Shown: piece after piece, positions 39,236 through 48,831 of the stretch | How the letters are laid out: each line of letters opens with the position of its first letter | Position numbering within the stretch: the first letter of the stretch is position 1 | Assembly: GCA_947589195.1 (NCBI GenBank) | Contig: CANPZX010000002.1 | Span: forward strand, 1 to 51,176 | Reading direction: 5' to 3' | Source of the DNA: an uncultured Bacilli bacterium | GTDB lineage: Bacteria > Bacillota_I > Bacilli_A > RF39 > UBA660 | Length of the DNA: 51,176 nt | The notes under the pieces: model-generated | The model's input: only the letters and a program-made list of their open reading frames with translations | Databases searched by the model: none | What the model was told of the DNA's origin: nothing | Program-made: the position numbers and the translations under genes

Positions 39236-40375
39236 CTATTCATTATATTCACTAGTAATCCCAAAATAATCTTCCATCGTTAGCCAATCCCCATTATTAT
39301 AAAGTTTTAAAGCTAATTCTTCACCAACATACCGAAAATGCCAAGATTCATATTTATAACCCGTTTCATTAGTTTTATCTTTAGGATATCTTAAAATAAA
39401 ACCATATTTATAGCAGTTCTTTTCGAGCCAAATAGCCTCTGGAGAACCAATAAAGGTATCATTTATTTGATTAACATCAAAAGCAAGTCCTGATTGATGT
39501 TCCGAATGACCTGGTCTTGCCGAATAAGTATCAGCTTTTTCTTTACCATCCCTTGATACATAACGATTATAAATAGTATTTTGGGTATCATAACTTCTAA
39601 AACCACTTTGCAACCAAATATTTAAACCTTCAGTCTTCGCAATAGCGTTCATTGCCTCGAATGCCGCCTTAGTTTCTTTTGTTAATCCTGTCCCATAATT
39701 AGCTGGCAAAGAATAAGTCTTATTAACTACTAAATAACCATCGATATACGTAACCCCATTAATAGTTACGCCTTCAAATCCTTTTGCTGTTGTAAAATAC
39801 TTAACATCATCGGTGGGATTAATACTTGGTAAAGAATTACTATTTCCTTCTTTTACTTTTAATGTAAACTCTTCTTTAGTTTCATTCCCACTTTTATCTT
39901 TCGCAACATATGCCAATTTATATTCACCAACCTTATTAATATTATATTCACCTTCAATAGTTGGTGTAATCGTTTCATTAGAATTATCTTTTACTACCAC
40001 ATTTGCTAATAAATCAATTTTTACCCCTTTTTTCGTTTCTAAATTCTTTTTAAATTCTATTTGGGGGGCTTCTTTATCCACAACTAATATTTGATAAGTA
40101 ATTTCTTCTTTTTTACCTAACTTATTTTGAACTAAGACTGCTACTTTTTGACTTCCTAATTTACTAGTATCTATTTTTTTTACTTCACTTATAATTTTCC
40201 CATTTTTAACTTCTTTTATATATTCTAAGTTATTCACATCACTATTAATTTCGGCTTCTAAAAGCTCTTGCATTACTACATTTACTTTTTTAGGATATAA
40301 AATATAAGCAATTACACCAATAAATAATATACTAATTAAACAAATTATAACTTTAATTTTTGGTTTTCTTTTCAT
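39236..40375 (-). CDS. Membrane-anchored M15B (VanY/LdcB-like) carboxypeptidase with Ig-like spacer domains (start probably 40375)
   Basis: N-terminal TM helix; VDKEAP and DKSGN Ig-like repeats; SGFRSY, SARPGHSEHQSGLAFD, ESWHFRYVG. Confidence 0.92.
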   Translation of the reverse strand: MKRKPKIKVIICLISILFIGVIAYILYPKKVNVVMQELLEAEINSDVNNLEYIKEVKNGKIISEVKKIDTSKLGSQKVAVLVQNKLGKKEEITYQILVVDKEAPQIEFKKNLETKKGVKIDLLANVVVKDNSNETITPTIEGEYNINKVGEYKLAYVAKDKSGNETKEEFTLKVKEGNSNSLPSINPTDDVKYFTTAKGFEGVTINGVTYIDGYLVVNKTYSLPANYGTGLTKETKAAFEAMNAIAKTEGLNIWLQSGFRSYDTQNTIYNRYVSRDGKEKADTYSARPGHSEHQSGLAFDVNQINDTFIGSPEAIWLEKNCYKYGFILRYPKDKTNETGYKYESWHFRYVGEELALKLYNNGDWLTMEDYFGITSEYNE

Positions 40376-40433
40376 ACTACTCATCCTTATTTTTAATTTT
40401 AACACAAACCATTTTAGTTCTCAAGATAGCCTT

Positions 40434-41966
40434 TTAAATTTCATTATAGTCATTATTTTTTATTAGATTAGCCGGATATTCATTAATGATTAAACTGGTA
40501 GTTGTTAATAGAATTCCCGCGATACTTGTAGCATTTATTAAGGAGTTAATAACTACTTTAGTGGAATCTACTACTTTAGTACTATTAATATCTTCATAAA
40601 TACCCGTACTTACATTATATAAAAACTGATAGTTGTTTTTTTCGATTTCTTTTAAGATTGGTTCTTTTTCTAAACCTGCATTTTCAATTATTTGCTCCAA
40701 AGGCAGTTTTAACGTTTCTTTAAAGTATAATAGTTTTCCTTCTTTTATCGTCTCAGCTATTTTGGCTAAAACAATTCCACTTCCGGGCACTATTCCTAAA
40801 TCTAAAGAAGAAATGGCCTCCAACGCATCAATAAAGCGCATCTTTTTTTCGCGTCTTTCGGTTTCTGTATAACCTCCAATAATTAAATTAACTATTCCTT
40901 TATCTAGCATCGCTAGTCTTTTACCTTTTAAATCCGGATTATTATTTATCCCAGTTTTTAATTTTTCTATATATTCTTTGATTTTTTCTTCTTCCGTAAA
41001 TTGAAAAGTAATTTCCTCTTTTTTAATAATTACTTGCTTACTAGTTCCCACTACTTCAAAAGTTAAATAATCTTTTACCCGACTAGACTTACTATTAGTT
41101 ATTATTTCTAAATCAGCAAATATTTCTAATTTTTCTTCCCCATACCCAGGTATTTTTATTAAATAAATTTGGGCTTCATTATTTAAATATAAAGACATTA
41201 TTTCATTTATTAATTCATCACTATAATCATCAGCAATAATTATTAACTTTTCATTTCGTCTAATTATTTCATTTATAATATTAGCTATTTCTTCTAAATT
41301 TTCTAAACAATCTTTTAAAAGTAAAATACGCGCATTAGTTATATTAATTTCATTTTGGTCTTTAAAATAATAAAGTGAAACTAAACCCGTATCTAAAGTA
41401 TAACCTTTTTTTAATGTTAAAGTAGTTTTATCATCCGTACCAATTTGGATATTAATCGCTTCTTTATTTTTTACTAAATTAAAAGCTTCACTTATTAAAT
41501 AACCAATTTCTAAAGATCCACCGGAAATACAAGCAATATTTTTTAAATCATCTTCTTTAGGCATTCGCGACATTTCTTTTATTTTTTCAATTAATTCTTC
41601 TACTCCCGAATCTAATTCTTTTTTTAAGAAAATAGGATTCATTCCTTGTTTAATTAATGCTAAACCATTTTTAAATAATCCTTGTAATAAAACTAAGGTA
41701 GTTGTTGTGCCATCGCCAACTTTTTCGTCTGTCGCAATCGATGCTTCTTTCGCTAATTCTAAAAAGGTATTTATTATCGCATCTTCACTTTCAATATTTT
41801 GGGCAATCGTTACCCCATCATTGGTAATAAAAGGACTAAAAGAAGAATGGTCAATAATTGCATTACTCCCTTTAGGCCCTAAAGTAGTTTTGACCGTATC
41901 ACATAGTAAATCAATAGCTTCAATCATTTTAGTTTCTAATTCTTGTCCTCGAATAACTTTTTTCAT
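40434..41966 (-). CDS. groEL: Divergent group I chaperonin (GroEL/Cpn60-like)
   Basis: TLGPKG, ITNDGVTIA, GDGTTT, GIVPGSG; 510 aa; no GGM tail; no adjacent groES. Confidence 0.88.
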   Translation of the reverse strand: MKKVIRGQELETKMIEAIDLLCDTVKTTLGPKGSNAIIDHSSFSPFITNDGVTIAQNIESEDAIINTFLELAKEASIATDEKVGDGTTTTLVLLQGLFKNGLALIKQGMNPIFLKKELDSGVEELIEKIKEMSRMPKEDDLKNIACISGGSLEIGYLISEAFNLVKNKEAINIQIGTDDKTTLTLKKGYTLDTGLVSLYYFKDQNEINITNARILLLKDCLENLEEIANIINEIIRRNEKLIIIADDYSDELINEIMSLYLNNEAQIYLIKIPGYGEEKLEIFADLEIITNSKSSRVKDYLTFEVVGTSKQVIIKKEEITFQFTEEEKIKEYIEKLKTGINNNPDLKGKRLAMLDKGIVNLIIGGYTETERREKKMRFIDALEAISSLDLGIVPGSGIVLAKIAETIKEGKLLYFKETLKLPLEQIIENAGLEKEPILKEIEKNNYQFLYNVSTGIYEDINSTKVVDSTKVVINSLINATSIAGILLTTTSLIINEYPANLIKNNDYNEI

Positions 41967-42715
41967 AATTCATCACTCACTTCTAAGATATATTTCCAAT
42001 ATTTTTTCGGCATAAAATTTTGACGGCACCTATCATTTTTTCTTTCTTTAATGCCAATTGTTTTATAAAAACTTTGCCAAAGTTCTTCTACTAGTTCTTC
42101 TTTCGTTGAATTTAAAGTAGCAACATTTACATTTTCTTCACTTACTAGATAAAATTCTTTTTTATCATATATACTTAATATACCCCGATTTACATCTTTA
42201 ATTATCCAAAATTCATTTTTTAGTCTATTTTTAAAATGTTGGGATAATAAAATTAAAACATTATTAGAAGGTGCTATCTCGGCATATAATACTTTATTTT
42301 GTAATTCTCTAAATCTTACAAAACCTTTAAGTTTATGACTTTCATTACTTACATACTTACAAATTTTTAAAACTTTATCAATTACGGTTATATTTCGATA
42401 ATAAAAAACTTTATTTTTATATTTTACACTATAACCAAAGAAGTAAAATAATATTAGTTCTTTTTGGGGATTCTCCGATAAATAAACATAAAACATTGTT
42501 TTTAGAATTTCTTTACTTAAATATTTTTGAATATCTTTTATTAATTGGTCATCTTCTTTTAACGAAAGGTTTATTACTGCATCAAATAAGTTTTGTTGAT
42601 AATTACTATTTTTTATATTAGCAGGAATTATTTTATTTTGCCAAAGTGTTTTTATAAGGGTTAACAAACTTAAGAAATTATCATTATAAAGATAGATATA
42701 ATTATTTTTTTTCAT
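41963..42715 (-). CDS. Probable DNA metabolism protein (TIGR03915/DUF4130-like)
   Basis: ESHKLKGFVRF, HFKNR, WIIKD, LWQSFY, FMPKKYWKY. Confidence 0.88.
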   Translation of the reverse strand: MKKNNYIYLYNDNFLSLLTLIKTLWQNKIIPANIKNSNYQQNLFDAVINLSLKEDDQLIKDIQKYLSKEILKTMFYVYLSENPQKELILFYFFGYSVKYKNKVFYYRNITVIDKVLKICKYVSNESHKLKGFVRFRELQNKVLYAEIAPSNNVLILLSQHFKNRLKNEFWIIKDVNRGILSIYDKKEFYLVSEENVNVATLNSTKEELVEELWQSFYKTIGIKERKNDRCRQNFMPKKYWKYILEVSDEL

Positions 42716-43920
42716 GAAAATAAACTTAATTGCTCCTTTTTTAAATTATTTTGGGTATTTTCTTCTAAGACTAAATTCTTTTCAATAAAACTTTTATTAA
42801 ATAAGGTAGGATTTATAAAATACCGACCCCGACAAGTAATAAAGTATTTAGCTCTTTTTAAAACTATACCCATTTTTTTTAAATCTTGGAAAGTAAGGCT
42901 AAAATATTTACGGGAACTAATTATTCTTTTTGCCGAGACAACCCCAATACCTGGTACTTCTAAAAGCTCTTGATAAGAACAAGTATTGACTTCTTTAGGG
43001 AATTTATCTAAATGACGGAGCGCATAATCAGCTTTGGGATCAAGAAGTAAGTTAAAGTGAGGATTGTCTTGACTAATTAAATCTTCAACTTTAAATTTAT
43101 AAAATCTTAGCAAAAAATCAGCTTGATATAAACGATGTTCCCTGGCTAAAGGAGGAATGGTAATACTCGGCAAAAGTTTATCTTTATTAACCGGGATATA
43201 AGCTGAATAAAATACTCTTTTTAAATTAAAATTTTGATACATCATTGAACTTTTAGTCATAATATCATAATCGGTTTCTTGGGTTGCCCCGATTATCATT
43301 TGAGTACTTTGCCCAGCAGGAACAAATTTAGAACTTCTATTTTCTTTGACATAACCCATAATTTTCGTAATATTATTACTATTTTTATTGGGAGCAAGTA
43401 ATTTTAAACCTGATTCGGTAGGTAATTCAATGTTAGCACTTAAACGATCCACCAATAAACCTAATTTTTTTAAAAGATAGGCGCTAGCTCCGGGAATAGC
43501 CTTCGCGTGAATATAACCCCCAAAATGATATTTGTGCCGCAAAAGAGCAATAGTTTCAATTAATAAATTCATTGTATAATCTGGACTTTTAATAATCCCC
43601 GAACTCAAAAATAACCCTTCAATATAGTTTCGTTTATAAAAATTAACAGTTATTTGACAAACTTCTTCCGGAGTAAATAACGCTCTTTTGACATTATTAC
43701 TTCTTCTATTTAGACAATATTTACAATCATATATACAACAATTAGTCATTAAGATTTTTAAAAGTGAAATACATCTACCATCCGAAGCAAAAGAATGACA
43801 AATCCCCGAAATTGCTGTATTACCAAAGCCATTTCCTTTTCTATTACTCCCACTTGATGAACAAGAAGCATCATATTTAGCACTATCAGCTAAAATAGTT
43901 AACTTTTCTTTTAAATTCAC
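42712..43920 (-). CDS. Putative DNA modification/repair radical SAM protein (TIGR03916-like; start GTG 43920)
   Basis: AKYDASCSSSG, GICHS..DGRCISLLK, CIYDCKYC, GQSTQMI, REHRLYQAD, C-terminal HhH VPGIG. Confidence 0.93.
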   Translation of the reverse strand: MNLKEKLTILADSAKYDASCSSSGSNRKGNGFGNTAISGICHSFASDGRCISLLKILMTNCCIYDCKYCLNRRSNNVKRALFTPEEVCQITVNFYKRNYIEGLFLSSGIIKSPDYTMNLLIETIALLRHKYHFGGYIHAKAIPGASAYLLKKLGLLVDRLSANIELPTESGLKLLAPNKNSNNITKIMGYVKENRSSKFVPAGQSTQMIIGATQETDYDIMTKSSMMYQNFNLKRVFYSAYIPVNKDKLLPSITIPPLAREHRLYQADFLLRFYKFKVEDLISQDNPHFNLLLDPKADYALRHLDKFPKEVNTCSYQELLEVPGIGVVSAKRIISSRKYFSLTFQDLKKMGIVLKRAKYFITCRGRYFINPTLFNKSFIEKNLVLEENTQNNLKKEQLSLFS

Positions 43921-43963
43921 ATTAACCACCTAATTAGTATTATATATTAACTTAAAAGAAAAG

Positions 43964-43977
43964 TAAACATTTGTTCG
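43964..43977 (-). promoter_or_regulatory. LexA (SOS/Cheo) box upstream of the radical SAM operon
   Basis: Minus strand CGAACAAATGTTTA versus Firmicutes consensus CGAAC-N4-GTTCG. Confidence 0.8.
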
Positions 43978-44063
43978 ATAAAAATTAATGGTAATTTTAG
44001 CCATTAAAAAAATATGATGATTATCATTCACCATATTTACTAATATATTTTTTAAGTTCAGCT

Positions 44064-44672
44064 TTAATAATTTTCTATATCTCCTATATTCCATCTTTGA
44101 AACTTAGGATTTAATTCCAATCTTTTAGCTCTACTTACTTTTCTTTCTTCATTTACTTTAACATTTCTTATATTACTTAAGGAATATTGAAAAAACTTAA
44201 TAGCTGTAGCATCATCAATATCAGGATAAGCTTTTTTAATTTTGGCATATATTGCTTGAGCTAAATCTATATCACATATGATACCCGTTTGTATTCCCCA
44301 TGAATGGCCAAAAATATGACGCTTTTTTAGATAGTCATACATTATTTTTTGACTATAACTTAGCCAATCACGTGATTCATCTAAAACCCTATTATCTAAA
44401 CCACACTTTATGCATCCACACCTTCTATATGTACGCCCTTCATATCTATCATAATCTATTTTAGAATATACTAAGATATGCTTACAAGCTGCATATTCCT
44501 CCATTTTTATCTTTCTAAATAAATCAAGTTGATTATCATATAAGTTTTCATTTTCTTTTTTTAATTCAAAATATCTTTTTAATACTTCATTTTCTTCAAG
44601 CTTTTTCATCTCAGCAATAATTTTTTCCCTTTGTTCTGTTATTTGATCATATTTTTCATTTAAATCTTCCAT
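44064..44672 (-). CDS. Hypothetical protein: coiled coil plus putative Zn-binding motif (start probably 44672)
   Basis: GGAGG RBS; CKH...CGCIKCG. Confidence 0.75.
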   Translation of the reverse strand: MEDLNEKYDQITEQREKIIAEMKKLEENEVLKRYFELKKENENLYDNQLDLFRKIKMEEYAACKHILVYSKIDYDRYEGRTYRRCGCIKCGLDNRVLDESRDWLSYSQKIMYDYLKKRHIFGHSWGIQTGIICDIDLAQAIYAKIKKAYPDIDDATAIKFFQYSLSNIRNVKVNEERKVSRAKRLELNPKFQRWNIGDIENY

Positions 44673-44861
44673 AAAAACCTCCATACAAATTATATCAGAT
44701 ATTCAATTATTATAAACTACTTTTTTTCGTACAGTTTTAATTAATTTTTTTACTTCTTTCTCTTTCAAACGCTCCTCTTTAGCAACAATATAGTAAGAAG
44801 CATAATATTCTTCAGATTTTTTAAATATTTCGTTAAGTTCGATTAAAAATTTATTGTGTTA

Positions 44862-44882
44862 TGAACAAACGTTTGATATAAT
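44862..44882 (+). promoter_or_regulatory. Possible LexA box fused to an extended -10 promoter, with no downstream ORF
   Basis: GAACAAACGTTT (44863-44874) overlapping TGaTATAAT (44874-44882). Confidence 0.5.
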
Positions 44883-44960
44883 TTTTATAGGAATCACTTA
44901 TTCTTATTATCTTTTTACTAATAGCCTTACTTTTTACTTTTGTAATATAGTATTCTATGT

Positions 44961-45077
44961 AAAAGAAAAGCACTCAATCTAACTAAACAAGATTAAGTGC
45001 TGACCAATATATTGGAAAGTACTCAATATTGCACTGTTAAGTATTCCCTTTTTTATTTTATGCAAGTTTCCTTGACG
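44961..45077 (-). ncRNA. Candidate small RNA with two related hairpins
   Basis: Promoter TTGTAA-N17-TATTAT with TG extension (45083-45111); hairpins 45014-45048 and 44969-45001 share an ACUUAA..UUGAGU core; the second ends in UUUUCUUUU. Confidence 0.45.
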
Positions 45078-45092
45078 TATTCATAATATCAT

Positions 45093-45119
45093 AAAAACGA
45101 CCTTTTTACAAGTCGTTTT
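45093..45119 (-). terminator. Terminator of tRNA-Thr
   Basis: AAAACGAC...GTCGTTTT inverted repeat with U tract. Confidence 0.7.
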
Positions 45120-45157
45120 CCTATTTCTACTCGAAAAGTCCGAGTTTAGTATCAATC

Positions 45158-45233
45158 TGGTGCTGGAAACAAGATTCGAACTTGCGACCTACGCGTTACG
45201 AGGGCGTTGCTCTACCAACTGAGCTATTCCAGC
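45158..45233 (-). tRNA. tRNA-Thr (anticodon CGT)
   Basis: GCTGGAATAGCTCAGTTGGTAGAGCAACGCCCTCGTAACGCGTAGGTCGCAAGTTCGAATCTTGTTTCCAGCACCA; cloverleaf with encoded CCA. Confidence 0.96.
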
Positions 45234-45330
45234 GCAAAAATATTATATCAAAGAACTTATTTAAAAAACAATATATTTTATTGTTTTTTTAGGCTATAAA
45301 CCTGTATAATAAAAATATAGGTGAAAACAA

Positions 45331-47040
45331 ATGATAAAAGTTGAAATAAAAAAATATTTTTTATATATAATTGGCATAATTATACTTACCATAATTGAGG
45401 CCCTAATTTTATTATCTTTACCAGATTTTATGGCTAATATTATCAATTATGGAATTGGGGAAAACAATCTTTCCTATATATATACAACCGGCTTAAAAAT
45501 GATTTTAATTACCCTATTTTCTAGTATTTGTGCTATTTCTTTATCCTTCTGCTGTGCCAAACTAGGAGCAAATATAGCTTCAGATCTAAGAATGATGGCT
45601 TTCACCAAAATAACTTTAATGGATGAAGAAGCCTTTAATAACTTTACTAAAGCTTCCCTTCTAACTAGAACAACTAATGATATAAATCAAATAAGTATGG
45701 TCATAAGTAATTTTTTTAGACATATATTATTTGCTATTACTATGGGAAGTGGCGGGATTATAAAAGCTTTCTCTAAAAGTAAAAGTCTCCCTGCTTTAAG
45801 TATTATTCTAATTATAGGAATCTTATCAGTTATAATATTTTTAATAATTGTCTTTTTATTAGTAATTAAAAAATTTGAAATATTACAAAATATCCTCGAT
45901 AAAATTAATAGTAAAACAAAAGAAATCTTAAGTGGTACTCTAGTTATCAGGGCTTTTAATAAAGAAGAAAAAGAAGAAAAAGAATTTAAAAAAACTAATA
46001 CTGAATATAATAACTTAGTATATTTTTTAAATAAAATAATGGCTTTATTAAATCCTTATATGTCTTTTATTATGAATAGTGTCGTCATAGTTATTATGCT
46101 AACAGTTTCTAAAACCGCGGTAAGTACTTTTGATATTGGCAATATGTTATCTTTTAGTCAATATTCAACCCAAGTAATCACAGCCTTTTTAACTCTATCT
46201 ATTATCTTTGTTTTCTTACCTAAAGCCAAAGTTTCTTATAATCGTATTAAAGAAGTAATTGATACTAAAAATACTTTAGAAGTAAGTAATAACCCCGTTA
46301 ATTACGATGGCCTAAAAGAAGATATTCAATTTCAAAATGTGAGTTTTAGATATAATGGTAGTGAAGAAGACGCTTTAAAAAATATTACTTGTACTTTTAA
46401 AAAAGGTGAAACTTATGGCATAATTGGTTCGACAGCTTCCGGGAAAACCACTCTTGTTAATTTATTATGTCATTTATATGATTGTACATCGGGTAATATT
46501 TTAATTGATGGTATTGATAACCGTGAAATTAGTTTAAATGATTTACTTAAAGATATTGCTTATATTCCTAAAGAAAGTAGTTTATTTAAAGGAACTATTA
46601 AAGAAAACTTAAAAGATGGAAAGAAAAATGCCACCGATAAAGAAATAAAAGATGCTTTAGAAAATGCTTCAGCTTTATTTATAACTGATTTAAATACTAA
46701 TATCAGTGAAAATGCGATTAACTTTTCGGGAGGAGAAAAACAAAGATTATCCATTGCTCGCGGATTAATCAAAAAAGCTAGTATTTTAATTATCGATGAT
46801 GCCTTATCAGCATTAGACTATAAAACGGATTTAATTGTCAGAAAAAATATTAAAAAAAATAAAGCCCAAACTAAATTAATTATCTCTAGTCGTATTGCCA
46901 CGATTATGAATGCTGATAAAATATTAGTTTTAGATGATGGTAAATTAATTGGTTTTGATAATCACGAAAATCTTCTAAAAAATTGTAAAACCTATCAAGA
47001 AATCGTGATATCCCAATTAGGAAATGAGGCCTTAAAATGA
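45331..47040 (+). CDS. ABC exporter, fused permease/ATPase (degenerate-site subunit of a heterodimer)
   Basis: Six TM segments, GSTASGKTT, FSGGEKQR, IIDDALSALD. Confidence 0.93.
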   Translation: MIKVEIKKYFLYIIGIIILTIIEALILLSLPDFMANIINYGIGENNLSYIYTTGLKMILITLFSSICAISLSFCCAKLGANIASDLRMMAFTKITLMDEEAFNNFTKASLLTRTTNDINQISMVISNFFRHILFAITMGSGGIIKAFSKSKSLPALSIILIIGILSVIIFLIIVFLLVIKKFEILQNILDKINSKTKEILSGTLVIRAFNKEEKEEKEFKKTNTEYNNLVYFLNKIMALLNPYMSFIMNSVVIVIMLTVSKTAVSTFDIGNMLSFSQYSTQVITAFLTLSIIFVFLPKAKVSYNRIKEVIDTKNTLEVSNNPVNYDGLKEDIQFQNVSFRYNGSEEDALKNITCTFKKGETYGIIGSTASGKTTLVNLLCHLYDCTSGNILIDGIDNREISLNDLLKDIAYIPKESSLFKGTIKENLKDGKKNATDKEIKDALENASALFITDLNTNISENAINFSGGEKQRLSIARGLIKKASILIIDDALSALDYKTDLIVRKNIKKNKAQTKLIISSRIATIMNADKILVLDDGKLIGFDNHENLLKNCKTYQEIVISQLGNEALK

Positions 47041-48791
47041 AAAAACAACTTAATTTAAAAATCTCCTTAAAACATTTTATAGCTAATTTAGGTAACGAAA
47101 AAAAGAAAGTTTATTTAGGAATATTTTTAGCTATTATTAGTGTAATTATCTCCGTTATTTTACCAACTTTTTTAAGTAAAGCTACGGACTATCTAGTTTT
47201 AGGAATTAATCATGAAGATAACCTTTATCTTATACACATTAGAAATATCTTATTAATTTCTTTTCTCTTACTTATAGGTAGTACAATTTTTAGTTATTTA
47301 GAATCATTAGTAATGTGTAAAGTAAGTAAAAAAGTAAGTTATCAACTCCGAAAAAATATTATTACTAAAATCAATAAATTACCTTTAAATTATTTTGATA
47401 AAATCGAACATGGGGAAATCTTAAGTTTAATGACTAATGATATAGAAGTAATTGCTGATACTTTAGCTACTGATTTAACGGAAATATTTTCTTCAATTAT
47501 TTTATTTATTGGCATCTTATTTATGATGCTTAGATTAAATATTTTATTATCTATTGTTATTTTTCTAATTATTCCTTTTAGTTTAGGTATTTGGTTTATT
47601 TTAGTAAGTAAAAGTCAAAAATATTTTAAAGATTATCAAGATTATCAAGGACATATCAATGCCCATTTAACGGAAAGCTATAAAAATCACACCATTATTA
47701 AACTATATCAAATGGAAAATAAAAGTATTAAAAATTTAAAAAAATTAAACAATACTTTAACTGAAAGTGTTTGGAAAAGTAATTTTATTTCTAGTTTAAT
47801 GCATCCTTTAATGAAGTTATTTGGTAATATTAGTTTTGTTTTAACTTGTATTATTGGTGGATATTTTTGTTTACAAGGTAAAATGAGTTTAGGAAACATT
47901 CAAGCTTTTATTACTTATGCAAGAAATTTTGCTAATCCTTTAATTAATTTAGGTTCCTTAACCGGAGTGATGCAACAATTGTTGGTAGCTAGTGATCGAA
48001 TTTATGAATTTTTAAATGCTAAAGAAGAACCTTTAGAGTTAGCTTTAGATGATAACAGTGTTTTTAAAGGAGATATTGAATTTAAAAATGTTAATTTTGG
48101 TTATAATGAAAAAATAGTTATTAAAGATTTAAATTTAAAAATTAAAGCTGGAACTAAAATAGCCATTGTGGGACCAACTGGCAGTGGTAAAACTACAATT
48201 GTTAAATTATTAATGAAATTTTATAATATTAATTCTGGAGAAATTTTAATTGACGATAAAAATATTCAAGAGATTAATAAAAAGACTTTAAGAGATAATA
48301 TTGGGATGGTTTTACAAGACCCTTGGGTTTTTGAAGGAACAATTAAAGATAATATTGCTTTTGGTAAAGAAAAAGCTAATATTAGTGATATAAAACTGGC
48401 TTGTACTAAAGCTAATTTAAATCATTTTGTTAATGCTTTACCTAAAGGTTATAATTTTAAAATCAATGAAAATAATGATAATATTAGTGCTGGAGAAAAA
48501 CAACTTTTAACGATTGCCAGAGTATTCTTAAAGAATCCTAATATTATTATTTTAGATGAAGCGACAAGTAATGTTGATACTAGAACCGAAATGTTAATAA
48601 CTAAATCATTAGATAAATTAATGAAAAATAAAACTTGTTTTATTATTGCTCACAGGTTATCAACTATTGTTAATGCGGATATTATTATTGTAATTAAAGA
48701 TGGTAAGTTAATTGAAATGGGTAATCATGAAGATTTATTAAAACAAAAGGGCTTTTATCATGAGTTATATTTTTCGCAATTTGGCGATTAA
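47037..48791 (+). CDS. ABC exporter, fused permease/ATPase (second subunit)
   Basis: GPTGSGKTT, ISAGEKQ, ILDEATSNVD, IAHRLST; ATGA overlap with the first subunit. Confidence 0.93.
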   Translation: MKKQLNLKISLKHFIANLGNEKKKVYLGIFLAIISVIISVILPTFLSKATDYLVLGINHEDNLYLIHIRNILLISFLLLIGSTIFSYLESLVMCKVSKKVSYQLRKNIITKINKLPLNYFDKIEHGEILSLMTNDIEVIADTLATDLTEIFSSIILFIGILFMMLRLNILLSIVIFLIIPFSLGIWFILVSKSQKYFKDYQDYQGHINAHLTESYKNHTIIKLYQMENKSIKNLKKLNNTLTESVWKSNFISSLMHPLMKLFGNISFVLTCIIGGYFCLQGKMSLGNIQAFITYARNFANPLINLGSLTGVMQQLLVASDRIYEFLNAKEEPLELALDDNSVFKGDIEFKNVNFGYNEKIVIKDLNLKIKAGTKIAIVGPTGSGKTTIVKLLMKFYNINSGEILIDDKNIQEINKKTLRDNIGMVLQDPWVFEGTIKDNIAFGKEKANISDIKLACTKANLNHFVNALPKGYNFKINENNDNISAGEKQLLTIARVFLKNPNIIILDEATSNVDTRTEMLITKSLDKLMKNKTCFIIAHRLSTIVNADIIIVIKDGKLIEMGNHEDLLKQKGFYHELYFSQFGD

Positions 48792-48831
48792 AAAAAACAT
48801 CTAAGTAAAATAAATTACTTAGATGTTTTTT
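48790..48831. terminator. Bidirectional terminator between convergent genes
   Basis: AAAAAACATCTAAGTAA...TTACTTAGATGTTTTTT. Confidence 0.85.

Noticed and set aside
39236-40375. vanY as a glycopeptide-resistance determinant
   Set aside because: No vanHAX or vanRS genes nearby; the architecture fits a housekeeping peptidoglycan carboxypeptidase.
44703-44858. Start-less 51-codon minus-strand frame (..LIELNEIFKKSEEYYASYYIVAKEERLKEKEVKKLIKTVRKKVVYNN*)
   Set aside because: Looks protein-like but has no start or RBS and no recognisable family; at most a gene remnant.
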